From NCBI RefSeq assembly GCF_000143415.4, contig NW_003314406.1, forward strand, positions 81,007 to 145,006: DNA of 64,000 nt, read 5' to 3'. Below the pieces are notes generated by a model. That model saw only the letters and a program-made list of their open reading frames with translations, had not been told where the DNA came from and did no database searches. This DNA comes from Selaginella moellendorffii. Its lineage: Eukaryota; Plantae; Lycopodiophyta. The position numbers and the translations under genes are program-made. Of the stretch, positions 37,701-50,702 are shown piece by piece; positions within the stretch are counted from its first letter, which is position 1, and the number at the start of each line of letters is the position of its first letter.

Positions 37701-40207
37701 GGTCTTGGAGAGTGGAGTTAATGACTCAAGATTGGTTTCCTGCTGGGAAGATCTTCTTCCATTGACTCTGTCCAAGAGCTGCGATATTCGTCTTTCGCTG
37801 TTCCTTCTACCCTCAATTCCGTTCTCATTGATTTGGTTATCATGGTTTCCATGAGAAGAATTCATAGAATGAGACAACGAAAGAAGTCAGGGTAGGTCAA
37901 AATGCATAACACAATGGAATCTAAGAACTAGAGCCAGTCGCGCTAAGTAATGTGCGGATGAGCCCTAAAATCTAGCTAATTTACAACGGTCGCGTAATCC
38001 AAGAACTTCGAAGAAGTTATAACAAGTGAAAAATCTTAAGGCCAATTCAAAAATATATGATCTGCTATTTTAACACATGCAATACGAACTGGTAATGGGA
38101 GTCTGGTGTATAGCTTTCAAAGGTGTCTCGAGCAAGAAAGTGCTAGAGAATACACCGAACTGTGGAAAGAGTCAAATACATTGACTACACTAAGTAACGT
38201 TTTGGGAGGCTCTTCAATTTTATGTCGTTATGACAAGCTGAAATCAACCACTGATTTATCTGCATTAACAACATTAACGCTTAGGAACATGTAGTAAAAT
38301 CTCACCTCGTTGAGTTTCATAATTTCTCTATGGGCTGCAGTAAGAATACTCTCTTTGGCCTCACAAGAACTACAATTTCTGTTGCAGCTGTGGACTGCTG
38401 TGTCGCTTTTATAATTGTGTGTAGTGTCCCTGAAATCATTTTCAAAGGAATCCTGCATCTTTCCTTCGGCATGCGTTATTTTAACATCCCAGTATGTGTC
38501 TTCAACTAGATTATGCTCTTTTGAGTTTGAAATTGTCTCCAGCCCAGCATGGTGACTAAGAGCCATGTACTTCTCCTGCCACTCTTGAAGGTCACCTCGA
38601 AGGCATTTGTTTCGAGAGCGAAGAAGAGCCTGGTAAGAAGCTTCATTAATACCGGAAAGATACCAGACATACCAGTTCAGAGAGTAAATGTGCTTTCTCG
38701 CCACCCAGCACTGCCCGGACCTGAATGCTCTGATTATGTACGAGAGTAAACAATGAAGTGCACAATTACTTTATGGAGCTCAAAATCATAATGTGAAATA
38801 GTTGCCATAATCTGCTGGTGTTGTAATTTTTTCACCTGAAAGTCCGCTGTACTTATGACCAGGAAGCAGATCTTCGCCGAAAAATGATACCTGTTGTTCA
38901 AGAACCACATTCCGCACCATAAGATCCTGTTTCTCGCTCTCCAGAAGCTTTAATCGGTCATCTAAAGCTGTTGCTGTTCTGCTGGATATGTCAAGGGCTT
39001 CCTTTATCTTGCAAAATTCATTTTCTTTTATCTTAGTTATTAGCTGTAAACAAAGTCGCATTAGAGCCAATTTGAAATTCAGTATTCACCTGCAGTTTTT
39101 CAAGTTGTTTTCCTTCTGTTTCAGCATCTACTTTTTGGGACTGAAGACACAAGCATAGTTCCTATATCACATGTTTTCACGATTGTGTAACATGTACAAG
39201 GATTACAATACCAGCTCATGTATCCGTTGTTTCAGAGGCTTCACCATGCCAGATTTTGCCTGCTTACATGGACAACCATTGAACTGCTATGCAAAATAAG
39301 ATTTACCTGATACAGAACACGAGTATTATCGACGTCTTTACACAACCGGAGAATCTCATCTTCTTGTGATTTTACAAGCACTGAATAGTGTCGTTTCACC
39401 TGTACACGTTCATTTTGGTAACATTGCGAACTTCCCTGTTATTACCTTGTCCAGTTCCATAGCTGCTTCACGGGCTACCACCACAGCATGAGCCGCACCA
39501 GCTGCTTGTTTCTGAGCTTCCTGTTGTGCATCTAGTACAATCTTCCCCCCAAGTTTGTTGAGTTCTTCGTTGCCTTGAGCTTTTTCTGATACAAAAATAT
39601 TTAGGCTGAACTAGGTACACTTTAAAGGAAGATACCAAGTTGAAGAAGCTGTTCAAGCTCTTTTACACGGAAATGTAGGCTAGAAGCTCCACATTCCACA
39701 TGGGAAAGATAGGTCCGCAATGCTTCTGTTTCGTTTTCACTTTCTTCAAGTGCCCTGCGGCTTGCTTTAGTGAGAAAGGATTTTTTTTTCTATACCGACC
39801 TGTTAGAGGCGTCGAATGCAACTTTAAGCTGTGATATTTTTTGTTGAAGTCCTCCCTACAGATTTAACATGACGAATGAATGCAAATTAACATTAAGATT
39901 TTACTTCATCTGCGCTTGGAAGAACGGACTGTAGCAAGTTCTGTCCAAGAAAAGGCTCAAGAAATGATCTGCTTTCTTTAGCTTTAGCGCCTACTGCGGG
40001 ACCCTGAATGCTTTTGCGATCTGGCAGATCTTGAAGAACCTCAGCATTTTCGCAGCCATCTGTTTGGCAAAAGTTTTCACATGTAGATGAATCCCAAGAG
40101 CTTCTTGACGACGAGCAGGACAATCCTCCAGCAACGGACCTAGGAGAAAGTAGCATGAGCGTGCTCTCGTTTTCGTGAATGTCCTTCTGTTCTGTTAATA
40201 GTCGCAT
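34790..40207 (-). CDS. Large multi-exon coiled-coil protein with Sfi1-like W-containing repeats (possibly two genes)
   Basis: Many short GT-AG introns. Coiled-coil exons (39893-40207, 38786-39070, 35153-35476), a 351-aa disordered exon, and repeats such as MLGRAFQAWRIF, LASAFGLWMRF and RWTFQAWICY. Last exon ends GES* at 34790. Confidence 0.65.
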
Positions 40208-40720
40208 CTCTTGCCACTACAACAGCACCATTATAGAGAAAATAGCATGCCCTAAAACTTCCCTCCATTTTTTTTTATAGTAGACTGTCAATATCAGATC
40301 TTTATTGTTGTTCAGGGATGGATTTCATCTTAGTTTATATTAGAAAGGAAATTTAGCATTGTTTACTTTTACTTGTTTTAGTGACCAGTCTAGATGTCCG
40401 TGATACTATAGATATAAACCGACACTTCCAATTACATGGCACCTATGTCGCTCTTTAAAACTGTTCATAGTTGCTAATTAAGCGTGTAGCACCTGGAAGT
40501 CCTGTGCAAGACATAACAGAACTCCATTTAAAAGGTTTTGCCAAGCCTTAGCGTCCCAACACCACTATGTGGTTTATTGATTTTGGCTCCTTTTTTTATC
40601 CCCTTTATAGCCCGTAGAACACCCAGAGGATTACTTTTCTCATCGAACAAAGTTTGCCGAATTTGCGTGTCGCCTGACAACCCTAAGCATATAAACCTTT
40701 TGAGGCGATGGCACTCAAGA

Positions 40721-43250
40721 ATGACAACAAGAATGTTGGCAATGCCCGAGAGGAAGTCTTCGATACCATTTCTGCTACTGAGGCGGCAGAATCAACAAAG
40801 CGGTATCAGGTCCATATATGCCTTCTATCATATCCCCTCGTTTACTTGAGAAAAACCAAGTAGATATCACAAGCCGCTGCCAAAGCAAAAGGTCGTATCA
40901 CACTCCTTGGTCTTGACCACGTCCGAAAAAATAAGAAGAACAAGGGGTTATGGGCGTTACTAGAAGACCGAATGCAACAGGTTTTGGACCGTGACAAACT
41001 CGACAAAGCAAAAGATTGGTTTGAACGAGTGAGTTTGATAACTGATGCGTGATGTCAATTCAAGGTCTATTTTTATAGAATAAGGATAGCTTCTCGATTT
41101 GGACGTCCACTCTAAAGTCTATCGAAGGAAAGTTTGGGTCAGCAGTTATGGTGACCTTTGAGTTTCTGAGATTTGTCTTTTTGCTCAACGTCATTCTGTC
41201 GTCGATGTGGATTGTATTTATAATTTTTCCATTCTTTGCCCGTCCTCCCGATTCGTACAGCTGGCACTTGTTGGAGTCCAGACAGTCTAAGAAGGTAAAT
41301 CATAATTTTTTTGTCTTTGTAAATAAACTTCTTGCAGGATCACTATCTGGATTCTACGTGGTTTTTCTATGGCGGCTATAACTACACTAGCGGAGAACAG
41401 AAAGGTTGGTACAGGACTGACTACATGTATACAGTCATAATAGGGATGACATTATTTGTCACATTGGCAGCTGTTCTTGGAAGGTATTAACTGCGTCTCT
41501 TTTTTCTAAATAATAAATTTGTTACAGGATGGCAGTTCGAATAATGAGATCTGGTGACTACACAAATGCATACACCGGAGCTGGGTACCCTTTTGCAACT
41601 GCAATTTTAGCAAGCTGGGACTTTCATTTGACCACTTTAGAAGTAAGGATTTATTTAGTGTTAGATGGCTCAACTACTGTATTTGTAGTCGTCCTCAAAT
41701 CTGAAGGGAGGAATTAGAATGCGCCTTCATGAAATGCTAGCTGACTGCGCTGAAATTCAACAAGAGATTGCAACCACGGACAAAAAGAAGCTCTATAAAG
41801 TAAGAATTTGTAGTGTACTTGCTGAAACTGTTATTATACTTCCAGAGAAATGTGGCTCTCTTTTTGCTATTTCCATTGCTTATGATTAGCACTGTTGCTG
41901 CTGTTATCTTTCTTGTTTCAAAGCAAGCTACAATCGACTTGAGCTTGCGTAAGTTTCAAAATAGCCGATGATAGAAAAGTTCGTTTTATTTTATCCAGGC
42001 TTTATGGAAGGTTTTGCACAACCGTTTCTTCTAGCAGCTGTCAATATTTCTTCTCCGCGGTTAATCCGGATGCTTGTCCAAATGGAGGATTGGAAGCCCT
42101 CTACAGCTGATCAAGTACTTCTTGTGAAGCTCTATTTTATACGAATGTTAAATGTAGGGACATTGTTTTATAGGTGAGTATGTTATCTGCTTCATTTGGT
42201 TGAGCTAAATTGTACCAGGCAGGCTTTATGTTGTTATTGAACAGGCACGAGTGGCCAAAGAGGGAAGCTCCATGAAAGCTTGTCACTTTGGGAAATGTAA
42301 GGATGGGCTGATTTGTTGTTTGGAAAAAGATGCTTATGAGAGTGTTTGGCCGACTTGCAGGCCCTCTAAGGTATGATTTGTATTTTGTATTTTATAAATG
42401 ACTTTTGCTTGTCAATATCAGATTGGTTATTGCGTAGCAGACTGTGCAGATAATGCTGTTGCAAAGCTCCTTCTTGAGCTAATTATAAGCAGCACGCTGA
42501 TTGATAATGCAGTGGAGGGAGCCAAGGGATATTTTGTTCTTTACTACTTTAAGGTAAGCTTTACATATACATATGTGACGATTACTTCCTATCCTCCCGC
42601 GCAGCATAGGCAACAAATGGCTATTGAAGATATGCCTATCCGGGTGGTTTATATCCAAGCAGTTGTTTGGGTCGCTTCTATGTTTAGTCCAATCGCAGCT
42701 ACACTTGGAGCCATTTGCAACTGCGTTTCATTTTTATCACTGAAGGTGAAGTGAAAATACTTTAAATTAATGGTAATTGGTAAATGGTAACTGGCACCAG
42801 GAAGTACTTATGAGAACGTGCGCGCCAATGGAAAAGGCATACAGTGCATCAAGCACCTCAGATATAACCTACGGATTGCTCTTAATAACGCTTATTCTTT
42901 CAAGTATTCCTGTTGTCTTCAGGCTGACATCCCCCAGCAGTGGTATATGTGGTCCTGTGAAAGAAGGCCTGTCCAGTTACCAGGTTATCGCTAATTACAT
43001 TGAGGTATTTAATTTTAGATTGTTTGGCTACAACAGCTTCTGATGCGTACAGAAAGCACCAACTGCCATTTGGGTGACATATGAATGGCTGACGAACCCT
43101 ATGATTATGGGAGGAATTATTTTTCTCTTGGTTTTTGTAGCTGTACTTCTACGAGCTAAGATATCACAAATGCACCGCTCAATGCAATTAGCATCAAAAG
43201 AAGTGGGAACGCAACAAAACGACTCCCCCGAAAACACTAATCAAGTTTAG
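40721..43250 (+). CDS. Transmembrane channel-like (TMC family) protein, ~13 exons
   Basis: WTSTLKSIEGKFGSAVMVTFEFLRFVFLLN, VQMEDW, RVVYIQAVVWVASMFSPI, RTCAPMEKAYSAS and PSSGICGP match conserved TMC blocks (WxxxIKxIExxFG, IYxQxxxWxGxxFSP, CxPxxxxWxAS, PSxxCGP). Short GT-AG introns. Confidence 0.8.
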
Positions 43251-43304
43251 ATGTATGCAAATCACCAATTAACATTGCAAGTTTTGTATGTTGCTAATGG
43301 TTCT

Positions 43305-43700
43305 TTATATAAAGTAAACTACTGCAAGGTTTGAGCTTATCGTCTGTGCCACGGATCTGCTGGAACAGCTCCTGGCCAATCTCCACGTAGTTATGCTCGA
43401 GGATGAGCCCAGCGGCAGCGAGAATGAAGCGTGATTTTGTAAGCCGTTGCCATACTTCTCCATGACAACGTCTTGTAGCCTCTGCAAGCCATTGAACATG
43501 GGGATGCTCGGGTACAAGCTTTCCATGTCAAACGTGAAGAGGAGGCTGTCCCATGGGAGGTGAAGCGTATCCGGATCCTTCATCAACTCCAGTGGGACCA
43601 CGACTCTAGATTCAGGAACTACCTCCTGCAGGAGATACTCGGTCGAGTTTCCTGTGAGAAGATGAAGCCTGGGTAGCGGAATGGGTGTTGGAGGTCCAAA
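43305..43700 (-). mobile_element. Penelope-like RT fragment
   Basis: LLQEVV...LHLPWDSLLFTFDMESLYPSIP and, in a shifted frame, IILEHNYVEIGQELFQQIRGT. Truncated before YxDD. Confidence 0.75.
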
Positions 43701-46700
43701 ACACACTGTTCCATGCCACCTGATTTCCCTACTGCTGTTGCTGCTGCTGTTCTCCTGGCATGCAGGAAGTTGTCCACATGCGCCACAACACCTGGACTGG
43801 CATCCCCACTGCCAAGAGCGCACTTGCTACTGCTATTGTTGCTGTGGGCTACAGGGAGAGGGGCTTTTGCTCATTGTCACTGTCCGCCTCCTCTTCCCCT
43901 CAGGAGAATCATCTGAACAGGACGCTCGATCTTGGCCAATGTCGAAACCAAGGCGTTGTAGGCTGTCCTTGGGTACCTTGGACACTGTCTTGTCCATGGA
44001 TCATTTACTCCTTTGGGAGAGATTTGGCTCGAGCTTGAGCAGTGTCCAGGGCAGAAGAGAGCTCCTTTGTCATGTTCTCTTCCGCCAAGTCTTGTAGCCA
44101 TCTATCAACTTTGTAGAACGATACTTTCAGAGAATAACGAGAGTAGTGCTCATTACGGAAGGCCAATAGCTGTTGTCGAACGGCTTCTTAACAGCTTCTA
44201 GTCCCTGGAGAAAAGAGTTGACCTCTTCTAGAGCTCTAGAAGATCATCTTAAAAACATCCTTGACACTCTTGAACCCACCCAGCATAAGTCCAGCATCTG
44301 AAAAGGCTGTAAGGACATAACATGGTGGTGGGGAAGTGGAATCATCTCTAGGGGCTTTCTACGTTGCCACTGCTACTTCTGCTGTTGATGCTGCTGGGAA
44401 GGGAGCTCTTGCTCTTCATCCTGGCTATTGCTAGAGAGGCCTCGGCTAGAATCAAGGCTGTCCTCCAAGATGTTAACATCATAAACAGCACAAGTGGAAG
44501 CTTCAGCCCTATGGTGGCACACTACTAAAGCCTCACAATCAAGGCCATGCTGCTGGCTGGTATCACGTGATGGTAATGACATAGTGCTACGCAAGGGCAC
44601 TCGAGTGGGTTGGCACAGCTGTTGCTGTTGCTGCTGTTGTGGCAAAGAGCCAACAGCAGGCTCCTGTTGTTGCTGGCCAAGAGCAAGCTCTTGTGGTTGT
44701 TGTTGTTGATATGGCGAAGAGCCAAGAGCAGGCTCCTCAAGTGGAGAAATGAGTGTGTAGGAGGCCACGCCTTGAATCCTAGCAAGCTTCCACAAAGTAA
44801 CCAGAAACTGCAGAGGCAGAAAGGGTGGTAGACACCTGCAGAAGAAAGGATGGTGGCAAAGATAGAGGTAGAACTTGAAAAAGTAGTGGTGAAGCTGGAA
44901 AAGGTGGTGGTGGAACCATTGGGCACTGCAGCTGTGGAGTAGTAGCGAGTGGAGGCTGCTGCTACTGTAGAGCAGCAGCAAATGAGGATGAGATGGAGGG
45001 AGCCACTTGAGTTGGTAGTGGCTGCAAGGGTGTTGTTTGCTGCTGCTTTCCACAGAGAGTAGTAGGTGATACCAACTCAAAAAATAGAGGTTCATGGAAA
45101 AGGAGAAAGGTGGTTGAGTGGGGGTGCTGGATGAGGCAATGGCTTGCCTGTCAAGTCTTGGGATGCCATGAAGAGTTGTGGGAGGAGTGGAGGAGATGGA
45201 GAGAAGCCATCTTGCTGGTGGCACCCTCGGCTTCTATAGATGGTACTTGCAGAGAGTGGAGGAAAGGCTGGCCAAGAGTGGCAAAGCCACAAGCCTCCTT
45301 CTCACAAAGGGGGAGGGGCAGGCTTTATAGAGGCAGCATTGATGTCTGCAGCCTCCAACAAAGTATGCTCCTCCAACCCTAGTTAGCAAATATCACCAAT
45401 GTTACCATCCACCATCATAGCCATTATTGTCAAGCAAGTTGGAACAAAAGTTGGTGAACTGCCTCTGGAATGATGGGGCTAGATAGCATGGGTAGCCAAT
45501 GCTAAAGGAGGAGCATATGTCAGGCTGAGTCTCCTGCCTGTAATCTAGAACCACTTTGTGAAGTATACCACACACCTTAGTGTCATGGATGTCATCAATG
45601 TAGATCTCATGATGAGAACACAATAGAGAAGATAAGGAAAAACTCCTGTGAGGTGAATTAGAAGCTAGAATCTCCACAGTTGATACTGAAGTTTTAGCAG
45701 CTGGTACTAGAGTCTCCATAGCTGGTATTGGAACTGAAATTGGCATTGGTTGTGGTGGTGGAGCAAAGGTGGCAAAAGCCAGCTCCACTACCACTTTCAC
45801 TGAAGTTTCCTCTGCCACAAAATGAGGAGAAACCACAGTAGTAGGTGAGTTGGAACAAGTGCATTATGTCTCTCAGAGTTGTCATAGCTATTACTACCTC
45901 TAGCAAAAGTCCCTAAGAGTGGCGAGCTTGTGTGGGAACCCGAGTGTGAATGATTGACTCTGGCACTACAAAGCCTCTATGCCACCTGAGTGAGATAATC
46001 CACCTGATAGACAGCCTAGCAAAGAAACATCAGTCGACATGGAAGAGCTCACTTCACATCTCATACTCTATACAAGTAATGGATGTTGAAGCATTAAAGT
46101 GTGAGGAGACACAAGAGGGAGACCTAAACAAAGTCTCTCTAAGTATGTCCCCCAAGGATTGACGTTTCTGCTGCTCCAAACTATCTACTTCTTCCATGCC
46201 TTCCAGAAAAAGAGAAAACAAACTCAAAATTTTGGCTAAGGTAGGGTGCCACTTCAGCAATGCTTGGATCCCTTGTTGGCTGGCAGGAGCAAAAGTTATG
46301 GTGGTGCCAACATCCAGGTCAAGGATATGGCCTCAAACCACAAAATAGAAAAATGATTTGGCATTCTAGGGCTTAGAGGAGCTTTGCACCAACACAATGG
46401 CTGCTATGATTGGAGGCATGGTTAGAGGTAGAAGAGTGCATAGGGGAGAGTGCCAATTGCCCCACACTTGCTACCATTGGCAGGTGCAGCTGCCTTGAGA
46501 AGAAGGGAAGGATCGTTCCATTTTCTTTCTCAGCCTGTTCTTATCTCTTGAGTTTTAGGATGGAGGCCTGCAAGTGGGGGACAGCAGCAAGGCCAAAGCA
46601 TTACCCATTCCACTTGGGTGAGGTGCTAGAGAGCGCGGATTAGTATCAGATTACCGCAAGGAGGGCTGTTGAAGGGGAGAGCAGCAAGCAACAAAAACCC

Positions 46701-49700
46701 AACAGCAGAGTGGAAGCCACTTAGAGGGACTAGTCTCGATAAGGAGAGAAGCAATAAAGGCCTCATAGAGAAGAGAGTTAGTGCTGTGGCAACACCAGCC
46801 ACAATGCTTCTAGTCGGAGAAGGAGAGAGCCGATAAACAGAACTGCACATCGATGTAGGAATGCTAGTGCCCCATAAGCGAGGAGAAGATGTCAAGGGGA
46901 GCTTCTCGCCCAGCAGGAGGCCTGCTAGCACTAGAGGGGGACTCAGTTCAAGACAGTCAATTAGGCACTAGCCATCCAAGAACAAGAAATGGCACAGGAA
47001 CAAGTGAGGGCTCATCATCCCAATCAACTGAAATGCAGGTCTAAGTGTGGTGCTCCCTATTGATGAGGCAGCTAGAGAAAGTCAGTGGGCGTTGGAAGGG
47101 AAGGCAGCTTGTATAGTCAAAAGATGAGGAGTTATCATCAGATCAGCCGTAGCGGCTAAGGGGAATGTGGTCTTTGGATTAATTTTGTTTAAGGTTAGGC
47201 CACTAGGAATCCCAACAAAGGCAATATGGCTAGGACAGTGTGTTCAATAGGGAGATGGAAATGGCATGGAGCTTAGAAGTAGTGGTATTGGAGGAACTGG
47301 AACAAGAAAAGAAAGGTGAGTGTGCAATAGACTCAACGCCACAGGCAAGCTTGCAGCAGGAGGAAAGGGCAAAACTGACCACACTGAAAAAAGCTAAGGC
47401 AGGGACACTGGGGGAGCAAGAGGTGGAGAGGAGAGCCATGGAGGGGACCAGGTGAGAAAGAGGTGTCACAACTGTTGGGGGACCCAGAAGGAATAGAGGA
47501 AAAAGGGCAACATGACTCTCAGGGGGATAAGGCCCTAATCATATCTCTTAGTCAAAATTTTACACATTGGTGTTTCTTAGATATCACCAATTGAACAAAG
47601 GACTCAATGCTAAGCTCCCCAGTGAAGTCGGTGATCTCTAAGGCTAGGAACAAGCTGCCAAGTCAAAGGAGTCATGGGAACACCTGGCCAAGGCTTTTGT
47701 AAGACTACATGCAGTTTTAAGGTGGCGCTCTGAGGCAGCACACTGGAGGAGATAAAACTACAGCAGAACATGCTCCAGGCAGAGATGTGGCATCAAGAGA
47801 CAAACCCTCTAGGGGAGGATTTGGTGCTGGGGCTAACATTTTAGGAAGCCTACCAGCTGGTCATAGAGGCACCACTGGAGAGGTGAGATGAAGAAGCCTC
47901 TACTCAGGGATCACACTAGGGATGAGGTGACAAGTCAATGGAACAAGGAGTATGCCGTTGGAGGATGAAGCCCAAGAGATGTCTTTTGCAACACTACTGG
48001 ACAAACATGGGAAAGAGATGACGTAGATGGGAGTGGACATGTCACTTGAATTTAGTTTGAGAAGAAGAAGGAACAAAAGGTAGCCAAGAGAAGACTCAAA
48101 GCACTGAGCAAGATCCAAGAGGGGGAGAATAAAGTGGAGAAATTCCTCTAGGAAGAAGAGGTCCCCTAGAAAAAGACAAAGAGTGTCAAGGGACAGGAGG
48201 CTCAGCCAGAGAAGGGGGAACAACATGATGCACCAGGTCCCTCATCAGCCCGTCAGTGGTAAAAGGTGGTAGAGGCTATTACCGAGGGCAATGCAAAAGT
48301 AGGAATGGGAACTGAAGGGCCAGTGAAATTCAATAAGGGGGGTGTAGAAGGTATGTGTAGACATCACTCAGAGGAAGGGACCTAAGGCTCCTAAAGGCAA
48401 GGGTGTGGCAAAGTTGGTGAATCTAGATCAAGGCATCTAATAGGTGGTAGCAGCCAGGGTGAAAGAGCTCCAAGAAAAGGCTGTGATAGGGGCAGGACAA
48501 AATGGTCAGCCCAAGAAGGAGAGCAAGTCCAAGTAAGACCCAACTCTTAATCCTCCACCTTCACTTTGGATGGGTCGGTATCATAAATATTTATGCACTT
48601 ACAAAGAGGTGGGAACAAGCAAACCTATGGGAGGAGATTCAGATAAAGACTCAAGGAGTGGCCGACTAGGCAATTTCAGTATGGTGGAGAATGCCTGTGA
48701 TCGGAGGGGCAGCTAGGAGACAATCTGTGGGCTAGAACAGGGTTACTAGGCCATCTTTGGTGGAAAATCTTGGACTTTTAGACCTACAACACGTGGAGGG
48801 CTCCCACCCAATCAATGGTGAGCCAAACCAAGTTTACTCCTTGTCAAGGTTATGATGTGATGGTGGAGGATATGACTGTGCTTCACTTCCTTCTGGAACC
48901 ATGATCCTCTGCATTGTGTGATCAAGTTACAAACCAACAAGGGAGCCCAGGCACAGAGAAAGATCACCAAAGCCACAATGTCAGATCCCATACCTCTCGA
49001 GAAGATAAAGAAGACACTTGACAAACTCAACTAGAATCTGGTTATGACACTAAGTGAGTGTGCTAAGAAGCTTATAAAGTGGCAATGAGATGTTGAAGGA
49101 GGTAAGACTTGCCAAGGGAAAGTCACTTCAGCTCAGAGGTTGCTATTAAGGTTCAAAAGTGGCAAGTGGTGCTAGATGAATGGGAGGCAAAGCTACGAGA
49201 GATGGAACAAGCAATGTGGAGTGCTGGTATCTGCATGATGGAGGATGGCTGGGCAAGAAATAAACGACTCTTGAGCAAGGCATTTTACAAGGGGATTTGT
49301 CCAATTATAAACATGCCTCCAATCCTACTAAGAATGCAGAATGCTGCCTAGTGGAGGACCAAGCTCGGATGCAAGGTGTTGCATAGGGTTTCTTCCAAAC
49401 ACTTTACACCACCCAAGAATGGAATATGCATGACAAGAAGTCCTATTGCTATGGGAGGGGCAATTGAGGGTGGATTTCACATTGGAGGATCTTCACAAGA
49501 CCCTAGACAAGCTCATTGATAACAAGATGTTGAGAGTTGATAGGCTCTTGTTGAGCTTCCATGAGTTAAATTGGGACAGTTTGGGCTTACTATTGTGGGA
49601 AGTATGGAGAACTGCTAAGCAAGAAGGGAAGCTGCTAGTGGATGGTCTTGAGGGTATGATTACACTCATCCCCAAACAAGGAGATCTGCAAGAACTTTGG

Positions 49701-50702
49701 AATTGGAGATCAATCACCATGCTCAACACATTTACACAAAGGCATTTGCACTCAAGCTACAGGCAGTGATGCCCTTCATAATCTGGGAATAACAAATAGG
49801 ATTTGTCACTAGATAGCAAAGAACATCTAGACATATCTACTAGCGCAAAGGTGGGTAGACGTTTCAGAGTAGTAGATAGTAGCATGGCTGTTTGATTTTG
49901 AGAAGGTATATGATCAGATGGACAGGGACTTTCTTGAGGAGTGCATGAATAGAGTGGGGCTGCTAGTGGTGCTGATTATATGCATCTCATGCTGTATTGT
50001 GTGTCGACAAGCTGGGTGGCAATAAATGGAGAGTTAGGCGAGAGCTTCCAGCTCGAGAGATCAATGAAACAGGGTGCCCTCTTGTACTATATCTATTCCT
50101 CATCATGGCAGAGGCACTTGGCACCTTCATGATAGAAGGATGGAATGTCCAAGGTCTTGTGCTCCCCAGTATAAGACAACACCTATAAGGACAGCAAGTG
50201 TAAATATGGAGCTCCTAGATGGAGGAGGCTTCACCAATGATACAACCTTGTTCCTTCTGGGAATCTAGACGTAGCAAAGGAGACGCTGGAAATATTTAAT
50301 CTGGCAGTGGGAGTAGCTATCAACTAGAACAAATCGGTGGGAGATAAATTGGGGTGAACTGGGAATTGAGTCATGGGGTCAGGTGATTGGTTTTCAGTGG
50401 CTGAAACCAAGTGACAACACAAGATACCTTAGGATTCAGGTGGCAGTCACTTTCACTGCCTCACTCTAGAATGGCACCTTGCTCAAATGGATAAGGTTGG
50501 CAATGTAGAAGTGGGCCCTAAGAAAGCTTGGTCTCCTAGTGAGAGTAGTCGTGGTAAAATGCATAATCCTCCCAAGTATATGGTACCACATCTCAATCTA
50601 GCTGGTATTGAAGACAACACTCAAGAAGATGAGAACCATGGTAAGGATGTACATCTAGAAATGGGAGCTAGTCACAAGCAGAATGATGGTGAAGGTGGTA
50701 TG

